From the IMG/VR virus record IMGVR_UViG_3300043568_001465: a stretch of DNA of 64,000 bases. The stretch is one strand, 5' to 3'. Positions 20,501-30,157 of this stretch are shown here, one piece after another. Below the pieces are notes generated by a model. That model made no database searches, was not told the origin of the DNA, and was given only the letters and a program-made list of their open reading frames with translations. Position numbers and translations under genes: made by a program. Position 1 is the stretch's first letter; each line of letters opens with the position of its first letter. Origin of the DNA: an uncultured virus (IMG/VR IMGVR_UViG_3300043568_001465). Its lineage: Duplodnaviria > Heunggongvirae > Uroviricota > Caudoviricetes.

Positions 20501-21417
20501 GTGGTACAGCAACAAATGCCGGTTATGTTGAAATAGCAACTTCCGATGATGGTACCGAACCAATATATGTTAGACAATACACGGGTGTGTTTAGTAGTAT
20601 AACTAGGACTGCAACATTACTAGATGGTAGTGGTAACACATCATTTCCAGGTACAATTACAGCCCCAACATTCTCAGGAGCACTATCCGGAAACGCAACC
20701 ACTGCAACCACTGCGGGCGCTTTAACATCAATGAACATTTCACAGTTCACAAATAATAGTGCTTACATCACAGGTATATCTTTTGCAAACGTTTCATCAA
20801 AACCAACAACAATAAGTGGATATGGAATTACAGATGCAATTACAACAGCTAACATTGGCTCTCAGTCCGTATCATTTGCAACAAGTGCTACAAGCGCAAC
20901 TACTGCGGGTAGTGCACCAAACGCTAGTAATTTAAACGCATCTTATGGTGTATCAACGGGTAATGGAAACGGATTAAAATTTTGGGGAGGTTCCGACACG
21001 TATAAAATTCATATGGGTAGTTCATCTGAATATTATTATGGCCCTGTTACAGATTACTCCATAAAGTGTAATATAGATAGTAATAGTTCGACAAGAGGTT
21101 TCACTTGGGGACAAAGTGGAGTAACACCAATTGCCGCGTTAAACGTAGGAAATGGAAATATGCAAATCGCAGGTACATTCACATCAGGTGGAAGTATATT
21201 ACCATTAAGTAATGGTACGTTAAACTTAGGTTCATCTGGAGCAAGATGGAACACATTATTTACATCGGATTTATCGTTATCAAACGGTATTGGTGATTAC
21301 ACAATTGTTGAGGGTGAGGATGATTTGTTCTTATATAATAATAAAAGAAATAAAGTATATAAATTTATGTTGCAAGAAGTAAAACCAGAAGATGCAACAC
21401 CAAAGCGACCAGAATAA
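17551..21417 (+). CDS. Tail/virion fibre protein with long Gly-X-Ser triplet repeats
   Basis: Two (G-[ST]-S)n blocks, I[ST]GSL repeats, KPTTISGYGITDA fibre motif, C-terminal DLSLSN..DYTIVEGEDDLFL..KVYKF domain typical of phage fibres. Confidence 0.75.
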   Translation: MNIFDAHISGSLSVSSSAEISGDLKVLGTISGSFSGDGSNITNIPAGGVVGLNLTRIADGASTASISNTDGLRINTNSEITGSLIITGDLIISGTSFNAATSGTSGTSGTSGTSGTSGSSGSSGTSGTSGTSGTSGSSGSSGTSGSSGSSGSSGTSGTSGSSGTSGTSGTSGSSGSSGTSGTSGSSGSSGTSGTSGSSGSSGSSGTSGSSGTSGTSGTSGSNGSSGTSGSSGSSGSSGTSGTSGSSGSSGTSGSSGTSGSSGSSGTSGSSGSSGTAGTSGTSGSSGSSGTSGSSGSSGTAGTSGTSGSSGSNGSSGTSGTSGTSGSSGTSGSSGSSGTSGSSGSSGTSGSNGSSGTSGTSGTSGSSGTSGSSGSSGTSGSSGSSGTSGSSGSSGTSGSSGSSGTAGTSGTSGSSGSSGSSGTVTMSGTQDNGVLTLNGSSPNVTAENNLRFDGSLLTVVGNETISGSLIVTNNFTVLGSSSITYVTSSQLRVEDNIITVNTASPGSRFGGLEVHDSGSVGIATGSILWDSVNNRWIYQNSSEAGYGGGVLLSGPRSSGSLGSELTLTSGRVAKSAGGDHLNDSNITDNGTTVSINSNTEITGSLIVTGGNKLVVNATGGDEGGEILLGKALTNTTLVGEGVTVDIWQNRLRFFEQGGTARGAYIDISSLAAGVGTNLVGAGSSGTSGTSGTSGTSGSSGTSGSNGSSGTSGSSGTSGTSGSSGSNGSSGTSGSSGSSGTSGSNGSSGTSGTSGSNGSSGTSGSSGSSGTSGSSGSSGSSGTSGSSGSSGSSGTSGSSGTSGSNGSSGTSGSSGSSGSSGTSGSSGSSGTSGTSGSSGTSGSSGSSGSSGTSGSNGSSGTSGSSGSSGSSGTSGSSGSSGSSGTSGSSGSSGSSGTSGSSGSSGSSGTSGSSGSSGSSGSSGTSGTSFANSFNINQNLGTSNSPTFGGLTITGGGSVSTVLTGANVGDLLYASIADNDYFRLRVGGTATNAGYVEIATSDDGTEPIYVRQYTGVFSSITRTATLLDGSGNTSFPGTITAPTFSGALSGNATTATTAGALTSMNISQFTNNSAYITGISFANVSSKPTTISGYGITDAITTANIGSQSVSFATSATSATTAGSAPNASNLNASYGVSTGNGNGLKFWGGSDTYKIHMGSSSEYYYGPVTDYSIKCNIDSNSSTRGFTWGQSGVTPIAALNVGNGNMQIAGTFTSGGSILPLSNGTLNLGSSGARWNTLFTSDLSLSNGIGDYTIVEGEDDLFLYNNKRNKVYKFMLQEVKPEDATPKRPE
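17851..18816 (+). repeat. Coding 9-nt-period repeat, (Gly-Thr/Ser-Ser)n block 1, about 322 aa
   Basis: Gly at every third residue with synonymously diverse codons; contains an exact 86-nt duplication (18478-18563 = 18595-18680). Confidence 0.95.
19591..20328 (+). repeat. Coding repeat, (Gly-Thr/Ser-Ser/Asn)n block 2, about 246 aa
   Basis: Same triplet periodicity as block 1. Confidence 0.95.
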
Positions 21418-21466
21418 TATTGATTAAATAAAAAATAATCATTATATTTTAACAAACCATAAACCA

Positions 21467-22240
21467 ATGCCTTTAGATATTAATAGTAATATAATCAGTT
21501 CATCAGATATAACAAGTACTGGTATTTTTAAAACTAAAGTGCAGAGAGATGGGATGGTTTTACATTTAGATGCCGGTGATCTTGATTCATATCCAGGTAG
21601 TGGAACTGCGTGGAATGATTTAAGTGGTAATGGTTATAATTTTATTATAAACGCATCGGCTTACAATTCCTCTGGACCAAAATATATGGACTTTAATGGT
21701 TCATATGGTTGCGCAAAGAAAACAAGTTCAGATGTCCCTTTGTCTGGTAATGCAACATGTATTTGCTGGACTAGAGTTAAAAATAGTACTGCGGAATGGA
21801 GAACTTTATTACGAGGTTTAAGTTCAGGAGCAGACCACCAAGTGATTATTCAATCAGGTGCGTGGGCAATCGGTATGTACGATAACACAAATGGTACAGG
21901 TTTTAATAGTAACGGATTTAGCCAACAAAGTTTACCAGCATATGGCACATCTTCTTGGGATATGTTAGTTTGGAGATGGTACGATGCTGAAGTTCCTTAT
22001 CATCTCTTTAGTTATAATGAAACTGCGGGGGTTATACGAGGATCAATTTCAAGCTCAAATGCAAGATTTAAACATGGTTTTTGTTCTGTTGGCGCATACA
22101 ACAACGGAGACCAAAATAACCCAAATGCATCAAGTCAACCTTGGGGTGACATTGGAATGATATCACTATATGATAGAGTTTTACATCCTTACGAAATAAA
22201 CGAATATTATCAAGCAACAAGAGCTAGATTTGGTAGATAA
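21467..22240 (+). CDS. LamG/concanavalin-A-like virion protein
   Basis: MVLHLDAG...SYPGSGTAWNDLSGNG and YDRVL...EI..YY.ATRARFG. Confidence 0.75.
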   Translation: MPLDINSNIISSSDITSTGIFKTKVQRDGMVLHLDAGDLDSYPGSGTAWNDLSGNGYNFIINASAYNSSGPKYMDFNGSYGCAKKTSSDVPLSGNATCICWTRVKNSTAEWRTLLRGLSSGADHQVIIQSGAWAIGMYDNTNGTGFNSNGFSQQSLPAYGTSSWDMLVWRWYDAEVPYHLFSYNETAGVIRGSISSSNARFKHGFCSVGAYNNGDQNNPNASSQPWGDIGMISLYDRVLHPYEINEYYQATRARFGR

Positions 22241-22249
22241 AATAATTTT

Positions 22250-23077
22250 ATGGGTATAGATATTGGCGGAAACGTATTTGATGCAACTGATTTTAACCCA
22301 AGCGGTGAGGCGGCAAGCCCTGCGGTTGTGACCAGAGGATTGGTGTTATGGTTAGATAGTGGAAACAATGCATCATATATTAACACATCCAACTATTATG
22401 ATTGTGGATATGGATGTCAATACTACTCATCAAATCCCGGCTGTACGAATTGTAACACTCAATGGAAAGATATGAGTGGTAATGGGTACGATGGAACATT
22501 CAACGGTGCTACGGCCATCTCATATAATGTTGGAGGTGGGTCAATTTATTTTAGTGGGTCTCCTGATTTTGTGAGTGCTGGTAATATAGGTTCATTCTCA
22601 ACATTTACTGTTGAAATTTGGTTTAAATCAGATTCAGTTTCTAACTATAAAAATCCAATCGATTGTAATTTTTTAGTGTTTAATGGAGGGGCTAGTGGAT
22701 ATAGTAATATTGGACCAAGATTGGAACAAGATTCAAATGGAACACTAGGTTGGGTTGTTGGAGATGCTGCGGGAAACTATACTGGAGTTAATGTTGTACC
22801 ATCAGGATTGAGTTCCTCTGGAATACATTGTGCCGTTATTACTAAAACAGGTGCAAGTAGTTTTTTAAGTTATTACAATGGGACTAATGCATCAAGTTTA
22901 ACTTTTTCAAATTGGACGGGAACTATGGGTAACGTAAATATTGGCAGAGGATTTAGCACAAGTGCGGAAAGATGGTTTAATGGTGGTGTGTCAATCGTAA
23001 GAATATATAATAGAGCATTATCCGCATCCGAAATTTTACAAAATTATAATAATGGAAGAGCAAGGTTTGGAGTTTAA
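22250..23077 (+). CDS. LamG/concanavalin-A-like virion protein
   Basis: GLVLWLDSG, WKDMSGNG, FTVEIWF, RIYNRALSASEILQNYN..RARFG. Confidence 0.8.
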   Translation: MGIDIGGNVFDATDFNPSGEAASPAVVTRGLVLWLDSGNNASYINTSNYYDCGYGCQYYSSNPGCTNCNTQWKDMSGNGYDGTFNGATAISYNVGGGSIYFSGSPDFVSAGNIGSFSTFTVEIWFKSDSVSNYKNPIDCNFLVFNGGASGYSNIGPRLEQDSNGTLGWVVGDAAGNYTGVNVVPSGLSSSGIHCAVITKTGASSFLSYYNGTNASSLTFSNWTGTMGNVNIGRGFSTSAERWFNGGVSIVRIYNRALSASEILQNYNNGRARFGV

Positions 23078-23091
23078 AATATTTAATTTAT

Positions 23092-24735
23092 ATGCCAGTA
23101 CAGTTTAGAAGAACAAACATTTTAGATCCATACTCTTGGGCGGTAGGTTCAGGGGGTACTGGTGCTTTTGGTCAAAATGGTAGTACTGATGAAAACGAAA
23201 GAGTAATCGGCACAGACCCTTTTGGTAATAGTTCAGTTGTCTGGGAATCTAGACCAAACGGTTCCGCAGCTGATGATGGTGGTTGGGGCACAGGATTCTA
23301 TGATGTGGATGAATATTCATTATATAGATGGTCAGTTTGGGTTAAAAGAACAACATCAAGTGCTGGAGGAACATCATATCTGGGACTTTACGGTAGTCCT
23401 AATGCTGTTATTAGAATAGATAACGGAGCACAAGAAGGTAACCCATATTTTGAATGTAGTGGTACTGGTGCGTATACTCAAAACGTTTGGTATCTACTTG
23501 TTGGACATTGTTTTCCATCTAATTACACTGGTGGTGCAACAACACACCCTGATTCTGGTAGATACATAACAAGTGGTAGAAATGGTAGTGTTAATTTTTG
23601 TAACATTGGCGGTGACGTAAAATGGTATCCGGGAACAACAGGTGGATATCATAGAGTATATCATTATTATTGTGGTGATAACACAACCAGATTACAATGG
23701 TTTGACCCAAGATTAGATAAATGTGATGGTTCAGAACCAACAATATCCGATTTATTAAACAACAGACAAGCAAAGTTAGAATCTACAACCGTGACAGTTG
23801 AAGGTGCCGCACTTAAACAACAAAAAGTAGTTGCAACAGGTGGTGTTATAACAACTGTTGGTGAGTATCGAGTTCATAGATTTAATAGTAGTGGAACATT
23901 TACCCTATCATCACTTAGATCGGGTTCAATAGAGGTTGAATATCTTATTGCTGCTGGTGGAGGTGGAGGTGGAACAAATATGGGTGGTGGCGGAGGTGGA
24001 GGAGGCGTTCTATTAGGAACAACAATTCTAACCCCAACTTCATATGTAATAACTGTTGGTGGAGGTGGCGCAGGTGCGCCCGCGGGAACCACAGGTGGAC
24101 ACCCAACCGTAACAGGTGCTAATGGTGGTAATTCTTCATTTAATGGTTTAACTGCTATAGGTGGTGGCTGGGGTGGCGTTTCATATAACACACAAGGATT
24201 AGGTATACATTTTGGTAATTCAGGTGGTTCAGGTGGTGGAGCTTCGGGTTATAATAATGATGGTGCAGCACCTGGAGCATATGGTTCAGGAGCGGGTACT
24301 TCAGGACAAGGATTTAGAGGTGGTTATCAAGGTAACTCATACTACTCAGGTGGTGGTGGAGGTGCAGGCGCCGCAGGTGCAGATGGAAACAATAGACCCG
24401 ATGGTGGTGCCGGTAAATTAACGGGAATTTTAGGTAAACCATTTTATTTCGGAGGCGGTGGTGGTGGCGGAAGTTACTCACTATCTACAGGTGGTTATGG
24501 TGGTGTTGGCGGAGGTGGTGGTGGTGCGTTAGGTACCGCACTTGGTGGAAGAAATGGTTTAGCGTGGGGTTCTGATGGTGGTGGAGGCGCATGTTGTTCA
24601 TGGGCTAACACACCTGGCGGAAATGGCGCAACAAACACTGGTGGTGGCGGCGGAGGTGGTGCTCACTATAATGCAACAAATAAGGGTGGAGATGGTGGAA
24701 GTGGAATAGTTATAATAAGATACAAATATAGATAA
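23092..24735 (+). CDS. Glycine-rich virion/tail protein
   Basis: ATGG...YRVHRF, VEYLIAAGGGGG, Gly tracts, GGSGIVIIRY terminus. Confidence 0.75.
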   Translation: MPVQFRRTNILDPYSWAVGSGGTGAFGQNGSTDENERVIGTDPFGNSSVVWESRPNGSAADDGGWGTGFYDVDEYSLYRWSVWVKRTTSSAGGTSYLGLYGSPNAVIRIDNGAQEGNPYFECSGTGAYTQNVWYLLVGHCFPSNYTGGATTHPDSGRYITSGRNGSVNFCNIGGDVKWYPGTTGGYHRVYHYYCGDNTTRLQWFDPRLDKCDGSEPTISDLLNNRQAKLESTTVTVEGAALKQQKVVATGGVITTVGEYRVHRFNSSGTFTLSSLRSGSIEVEYLIAAGGGGGGTNMGGGGGGGGVLLGTTILTPTSYVITVGGGGAGAPAGTTGGHPTVTGANGGNSSFNGLTAIGGGWGGVSYNTQGLGIHFGNSGGSGGGASGYNNDGAAPGAYGSGAGTSGQGFRGGYQGNSYYSGGGGGAGAAGADGNNRPDGGAGKLTGILGKPFYFGGGGGGGSYSLSTGGYGGVGGGGGGALGTALGGRNGLAWGSDGGGGACCSWANTPGGNGATNTGGGGGGGAHYNATNKGGDGGSGIVIIRYKYR

Positions 24736-24736
24736 T

Positions 24737-25126
24737 ATGGCACATTTTGCACAAATAGATTCTAACAACGTAGTTGTTGATATTTTAGTTGTTCCCGATG
24801 AACAACAACATAGAGGAAATGATTATTTATCCAGTGATTTACAATTAGGTGGAACATGGATTCAAACATCATATAATGGTAATATAAGAAAAATGTATGC
24901 CGGAATTGGGTATTGGTATTTACCTGAATTAGACATTTTTTTACCACCCAAACCATTTGAATCGTGGTCTTTAGATACAGTTAATCAAATTTGGAAAGCA
25001 CCAATTGAATGCCCTGAACAAGAAGAAGGTAAAGTTCATATTTGGGACGAAGAACCCCAACAATGGAGAACCGAAATTTTACCAATTGCAGATGTTAATA
25101 ATTTACCAGAACAAGCATTACCTTAA
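24737..25126 (+). CDS. Conserved phage tail-associated small protein
   Basis: MAHFAQID, WIQTSYN..IRK.YAGIG, PKPFESW; this type usually follows Gly-rich tail genes. Confidence 0.6.
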   Translation: MAHFAQIDSNNVVVDILVVPDEQQHRGNDYLSSDLQLGGTWIQTSYNGNIRKMYAGIGYWYLPELDIFLPPKPFESWSLDTVNQIWKAPIECPEQEEGKVHIWDEEPQQWRTEILPIADVNNLPEQALP

Positions 25127-25139
25127 TTAGAAATTTAAA

Positions 25140-25301
25140 ATGGGAGAAGTAACAAACATAGAAATTTATTTAGAAAACCAATGTTGGTACGTAAAATACT
25201 TACAAGATGGTGAAACAATTATAAGTAATCCATTTATGGAAGAACAACACGCAATTAATTATTGTGCTAGGTACTTACATCAAACAAATATAGATACATA
25301 A
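25140..25301 (+). CDS. Hypothetical 53-aa protein (not in ORF track)
   Basis: MGEVTNIEIYLENQCWYVKY...NIDT*; fills the gap in the operon. Confidence 0.5.
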   Translation: MGEVTNIEIYLENQCWYVKYLQDGETIISNPFMEEQHAINYCARYLHQTNIDT

Positions 25302-25378
25302 AATCTCGTACCACTTGTTAATTTAAAACTTTACATTTAATAGAAAAATATTTACATTTATTATCAAGTTTATATAAA

Positions 25379-25645
25379 ATGAAACAAGAAACTAAAGGTA
25401 AATTTATTAAATCAGAAAAAACTTTGGTAGTTCTAGAAACTATCGGTGTAATAATGAGAATTATGGCATTCGGTATGTTATCCATATTAAACAAGGATAC
25501 ACCGTTTTTATTGATGTGGATATGGAATACTATCGATGCGTTAATATTAACTTATTGTGCCTGGGAAAGAAGCAACACACCATATATCATACTTAACATA
25601 TTCTGGTTAATAGTTGGTGCTGTTGGGATTTATAACAGTATTTAA
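25379..25645 (+). CDS. Small membrane protein
   Basis: Three hydrophobic segments. Confidence 0.55.
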   Translation: MKQETKGKFIKSEKTLVVLETIGVIMRIMAFGMLSILNKDTPFLLMWIWNTIDALILTYCAWERSNTPYIILNIFWLIVGAVGIYNSI

Positions 25646-26745
25646 ACTTTTCTCTTAATCTCAATTTTCATATTACCAGTACGATATTCACCCGGATCAT
25701 ATTGTGGTATACTTAATCTTAAACGATAAAGTGTCATAATATCTTCTGGTGTAAATTCACCTTCTTCATATACCATAACATCAACAGTTTCAGCGAACAA
25801 GAATTTACTTCTTAAATCATAATTAGTTGTCTTCTGTTGAACTTCAATATAATCTTCTGGTATCTCACCCAAATCAATTTTGTCGAAGAATGGCTCTATC
25901 TCAAATAAGCGATTTCTATTTCTAGTTGTTAACCCCATTGAGAATGTTTTAAATACAAAAACAGAATCTTCCCAATATCTAATTTCATTAAACATCGAAA
26001 TAGGTAATCCCCATTTCCTCACAAAATTTCTATTAGAATTCATTTCGATTTGAATTCTATTGTGTTTAAATTCTTCGCTGAATCTAGATGTTTGACTAAC
26101 AAAATGATAAACAACCGCTCTATTAGTCGTCTTTAAATCATAACCCTTTAGTTTGGTTCTGATAATAAAATCATCATCTTCACAAAACGCTGGGAAAAAA
26201 CTAAATCCATCGAAGTGTCCAACATCCTCGAATAATTTTTTATATCCACTCATAAAGAATGTACCACCGCTAACAATCTTGCTCTCACGGTTTCTTTGTT
26301 CCAGATATTGATTAAATAAATCGTACCTAAAATCAAGAAATGATGAGCCGAGGTCCATGATTTCTTTCCCCGGCCTAATATGACCTTTAAATATCGGGGG
26401 CTCAACAGTCGTGTAACATAATAATGTCTTTTCATCTAAATCTTCTTCTAATGCTTCTAAAAAACCATTACCAATAACCATATCATTATGGATTAGAACC
26501 AATTTCTCGGTGTCTACCAGCTTGATTCCGGCGTTATATGTATCGGAGAATGGTAACTTATCATCGTCGTGAATAAATGACAAATTTTCATCCATTAACG
26601 ACTCTAACCATTCTTTGGTACCATCATTAGAACCACCACTACTAATCACTAATGGTGTTGTTGGATACAACTCCCTTAAGTATTTATAACATTCTTTAGT
26701 TATAGATAGGTTATTGTAAACAGCTAATACGAAACTTATATTCAT
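25642..26745 (-). CDS. Glycosyltransferase family 2
   Basis: ISFVLAVYN, SNDGT, LIHNDM, FCEDDD, VYHF. Confidence 0.85.
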   Translation of the reverse strand: MNISFVLAVYNNLSITKECYKYLRELYPTTPLVISSGGSNDGTKEWLESLMDENLSFIHDDDKLPFSDTYNAGIKLVDTEKLVLIHNDMVIGNGFLEALEEDLDEKTLLCYTTVEPPIFKGHIRPGKEIMDLGSSFLDFRYDLFNQYLEQRNRESKIVSGGTFFMSGYKKLFEDVGHFDGFSFFPAFCEDDDFIIRTKLKGYDLKTTNRAVVYHFVSQTSRFSEEFKHNRIQIEMNSNRNFVRKWGLPISMFNEIRYWEDSVFVFKTFSMGLTTRNRNRLFEIEPFFDKIDLGEIPEDYIEVQQKTTNYDLRSKFLFAETVDVMVYEEGEFTPEDIMTLYRLRLSIPQYDPGEYRTGNMKIEIKRKV

Positions 26746-27574
26746 TTATGTAATCTTCAATATTTTTTTGTGGTTTCCACCCCAATAATTTTTTAGCTAA
26801 CGAACTATCGCACAGTGTGTTTTGTGCTTCACCAGGTTTATCGTCCATGTATACTCTCTCACCGCCAAACATATCTGCAATTTGGTTAATGGAGTAATTT
26901 TTACCTCGACCAAGTTCAAAGGTATTCCCCCAAGATTCATTTTCTTTAATTTTAATTAAACCATCAACAATATCGTCAACGTGTGTAAAATCTCTTTTCT
27001 TTTTACCATTACCATAAATTGTTAATGGTTCATTCTTTTCTGTTAAGTTTTCCCATCTACCGATTAATGTTGTGTAACCACCAGTTTTAAGGTGATGTGG
27101 TCCGTATACATTATAAAACCTAGCTATGGATGATTTAAGATTATAATGTTCCTGATTCAATGCAATAATTTCTTCACCAATACTTTTACTAAAGGTATAA
27201 GGGTTTTTAAATTTACCACTATGGTGTGAACTACTACCTGCATAAATTAATGGTATATTATACTCACCACAAAAATGCGCTAATAGAAATGTAGCGGTAG
27301 CGTTATTGTTAAAATAAGTTACAGGTCTTTCAAATGATGGTTGAATTCTAGCGATAGCGGCTAAATGGTAAACAACATCTATTGTGTCACCAAAATACGC
27401 CTTACCGATGCTTTCTTTAATGTCATGTTCAATGTACTCAGCACCTTCAACATGATTTGATTTAACACCTGTTGTATAATTGTCGAATGATGTCACTGTG
27501 TGACCTTCAGCAATTAATCTTTTAATTAGATTAGTGCCAACAAAGCCGGCACCACCAGTTACAACTACATTCAT
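26711..27574 (-). CDS. NAD-dependent epimerase/dehydratase
   Basis: VTGGAGFVG, HLAA, YTFSK, RFYNVYGP, RDFTHVDD. Confidence 0.9.
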   Translation of the reverse strand: MNVVVTGGAGFVGTNLIKRLIAEGHTVTSFDNYTTGVKSNHVEGAEYIEHDIKESIGKAYFGDTIDVVYHLAAIARIQPSFERPVTYFNNNATATFLLAHFCGEYNIPLIYAGSSSHHSGKFKNPYTFSKSIGEEIIALNQEHYNLKSSIARFYNVYGPHHLKTGGYTTLIGRWENLTEKNEPLTIYGNGKKKRDFTHVDDIVDGLIKIKENESWGNTFELGRGKNYSINQIADMFGGERVYMDDKPGEAQNTLCDSSLAKKLLGWKPQKNIEDYINEYKFRISCLQ

Positions 27575-27580
27575 TATTTT

Positions 27581-28348
27581 TTAGATTAAGTTAAAATTTT
27601 TTAAACCACTATTTTCGCTATCAATGTTTGAGTTTTGAGTGCCAGATATATAACCTCTTTCACCTTCAACACAAAATTCTGAAACTCTATAATATGGTGA
27701 ACCCTGTAAAACTTTAATACGGTTTTTATTTATAAAATTCATTAATGGGTAAACAGTATTATTCCAGTCACTAACTTGATGTACATCCCTATTACCAAAT
27801 TTCTCACCAACCCTTGTTAATTTTACCATAGATAAATCAAATTTACCACCAATTTTCTCTATCATAGATTTTTTAAAAAATTCACAAGAACCTCTTAACA
27901 TACCAATTGGCGCACCCACACTGTTTGTCCATATTTCCCATTTGTCAAATAGTTCGTGTTCAATAACTTTTTTAAACCAATCATCTTTAAGGATCAAATT
28001 ATCGTCATGTGTAAATAACATGAACTCATAATTTTGATAATCATATTCTTCTAACCATTGATTGGAACATCCCCAATCACCAACAGTGTTTGGATATTCT
28101 TTATAAGTCCAACCTAGATTTTCAATTTCTTCAATTGTTGCAATTTTAGAATATAGTTTTTCATCTAAATGTTTTCTATCACCTTTTAAAACCACATCTT
28201 TCTTTTCTATTTCAGAATATTGTGGATCTCTATGTGAAACACAAAACATATCCATTGACCAATCATCTGGAAGTATTTGTTTAGATATACTTTCATAAAA
28301 ATGTAATGGGTAGTGCCACCCAGAACACACTACTGCAATTTTTTTCAT
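27581..28348 (-). CDS. Hypothetical protein, possible GT-A-fold glycosyltransferase
   Basis: LFTHDD motif; lies within a sugar-modification operon. Confidence 0.45.
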   Translation of the reverse strand: MKKIAVVCSGWHYPLHFYESISKQILPDDWSMDMFCVSHRDPQYSEIEKKDVVLKGDRKHLDEKLYSKIATIEEIENLGWTYKEYPNTVGDWGCSNQWLEEYDYQNYEFMLFTHDDNLILKDDWFKKVIEHELFDKWEIWTNSVGAPIGMLRGSCEFFKKSMIEKIGGKFDLSMVKLTRVGEKFGNRDVHQVSDWNNTVYPLMNFINKNRIKVLQGSPYYRVSEFCVEGERGYISGTQNSNIDSENSGLKNFNLI

Positions 28349-28902
28349 AATAATATTTTTGAAACTGATGGAAAATTTTGATTCAAAACCTCGTAGTTTA
28401 TTTTATTCTTGATTGAATTTATTGGTATTTTATTATACTTTTTCATCCATTCAATATTATCTCTTTCTATAGAACCACCTTCAAATATCATTGTTGCACC
28501 ATTCTCAAGATTATTTTTAACCTTATTAAAAACATCTGTTATTGTGTTACCATCATTTGATATGTCTAAATGAAGTAAATCAAAATCTTCAACATCCCAG
28601 TCACTTATATTCATTTGTTTTAATTCAATAAAATCAAGTAATGAATACTTTTTAAGCGATTCCTTTGTTTTATCAATTGTTGAATGTTTATATGGATAGG
28701 CATCCCACAAATCATAACAGATTATTTTACCACCGTTATTAATTTCTTGTAACGCCATTCCCATACTAATTGCAGAATAACCATTTAACGTACCGAATTC
28801 AATTATTTTCTTTGGTTTTAATTCTAAAACTAAATTATATAATGTTTGTCCGATATCATGTTCACTATACGAACTTTCAACCTCAGGATTTTTATAAATC
28901 AT
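28345..28902 (-). CDS. Class I SAM-dependent methyltransferase (Methyltransf_24-like)
   Basis: IIEFGTLNGYS, CYDLW, DLLHLDI. Confidence 0.75.
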   Translation of the reverse strand: MIYKNPEVESSYSEHDIGQTLYNLVLELKPKKIIEFGTLNGYSAISMGMALQEINNGGKIICYDLWDAYPYKHSTIDKTKESLKKYSLLDFIELKQMNISDWDVEDFDLLHLDISNDGNTITDVFNKVKNNLENGATMIFEGGSIERDNIEWMKKYNKIPINSIKNKINYEVLNQNFPSVSKILL

Positions 28903-28903
28903 A

Positions 28904-30088
28904 CTACCAACCTTTTTTTATACAATCAACAATATATTCTCTTTCTTCTTTAGAAACCCACCAACCAACTGGTATTGATGACACTTTTTTAATTGTGTTA
29001 TCTAAATTAGGTAATATATTTTTATATTCTCTAACACAAGAATGAACATCATTTCTTTCATGAACCTGAGATGTTGCGATACCCTTTTCAGACATATATC
29101 TTTGAAAATCATCTCTGTTGTCAACAAGAACACTATAAATCCAAAAAGAAGATTCTCTGTCTTTATGTCTTTCTAATAACTCAACACCACTAACATTTTT
29201 AAGTTCCTTATCGTAAAATTTAGCATTCTCCTTATGTTTAGATGTAATTTCGTCAACGTGTTTAAAATTCTCATTACCTATGGATGCATTTATGTCATTC
29301 ATATGGAATTTAAAACCCCATTCAGATATGTCAGATTCACATCTAAAATCTTTTCTGTTCCCATCTCTATCAATACCATACCATCTTAATAACTTTGCTC
29401 TTTTGTAAAGATCATCATGTGGTAAAAATAATAAACCACCATCACCAGAAGTAATGTGCTTTATTGCTTGTAAACTAAAGGTACATATATTTCCGTGAGT
29501 ACCTATAAATTTATTTTTATATTTACTACCCATAGCATGTGCACAGTCCTCAATAATTGCTGGCTTAAATCCATATAACCTATATGATTGTTCTTGTATG
29601 TCTTTTAATTTATCTAAATCAATAGGATAACCACCCCAATGCACAACAAAAATCGCTTTAGTTTTTGGTGTGATTTTTCTTGCTAAGTCATCTAAATCCA
29701 TATTTAATGTCTTTGGATCGATGTCTACCCATTTAATATTGAAGCCATTTGCAATTATAGGCCAATTAGTTGCGGTGCACGTTAATGGTGTTGTCAATAT
29801 TTCATCACCAGGTTCAATCCCAGGCCAACTTGATTCGTATTGTGCGTATCCATCAATGCCTTTTAAAAATTTATTGGGTTTTTTTAATAAGTGTAACGCT
29901 AAATGTTCAGCAGATGTTGCTGAATTTAGAGTTAATATTTTATCATGTCTAAAATATTGTTTTACATTTTCTTCAAAAGCATCAACAACTGGACCCTGAC
30001 CGATAAAACCACTTTTTAGCACCTCGGCTACTTTATCAGTTACGGTATCTGACATAAAAACCTTAAATAACGGTATACTTTTTTTCAT
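28904..30088 (-). CDS. DegT/DnrJ/EryC1/StrS PLP-dependent sugar aminotransferase
   Basis: NSATSA, VHWGG, IEDCAHA, FSLQAIKHITSGDGG. Confidence 0.9.
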   Translation of the reverse strand: MKKSIPLFKVFMSDTVTDKVAEVLKSGFIGQGPVVDAFEENVKQYFRHDKILTLNSATSAEHLALHLLKKPNKFLKGIDGYAQYESSWPGIEPGDEILTTPLTCTATNWPIIANGFNIKWVDIDPKTLNMDLDDLARKITPKTKAIFVVHWGGYPIDLDKLKDIQEQSYRLYGFKPAIIEDCAHAMGSKYKNKFIGTHGNICTFSLQAIKHITSGDGGLLFLPHDDLYKRAKLLRWYGIDRDGNRKDFRCESDISEWGFKFHMNDINASIGNENFKHVDEITSKHKENAKFYDKELKNVSGVELLERHKDRESSFWIYSVLVDNRDDFQRYMSEKGIATSQVHERNDVHSCVREYKNILPNLDNTIKKVSSIPVGWWVSKEEREYIVDCIKKGW

Positions 30089-30157
30089 TTACTATTTTAT
30101 TTATTACAATTTAATTATTTTTTTTTATATTATAAAGGGGTTTAAATGCACCCCCAT

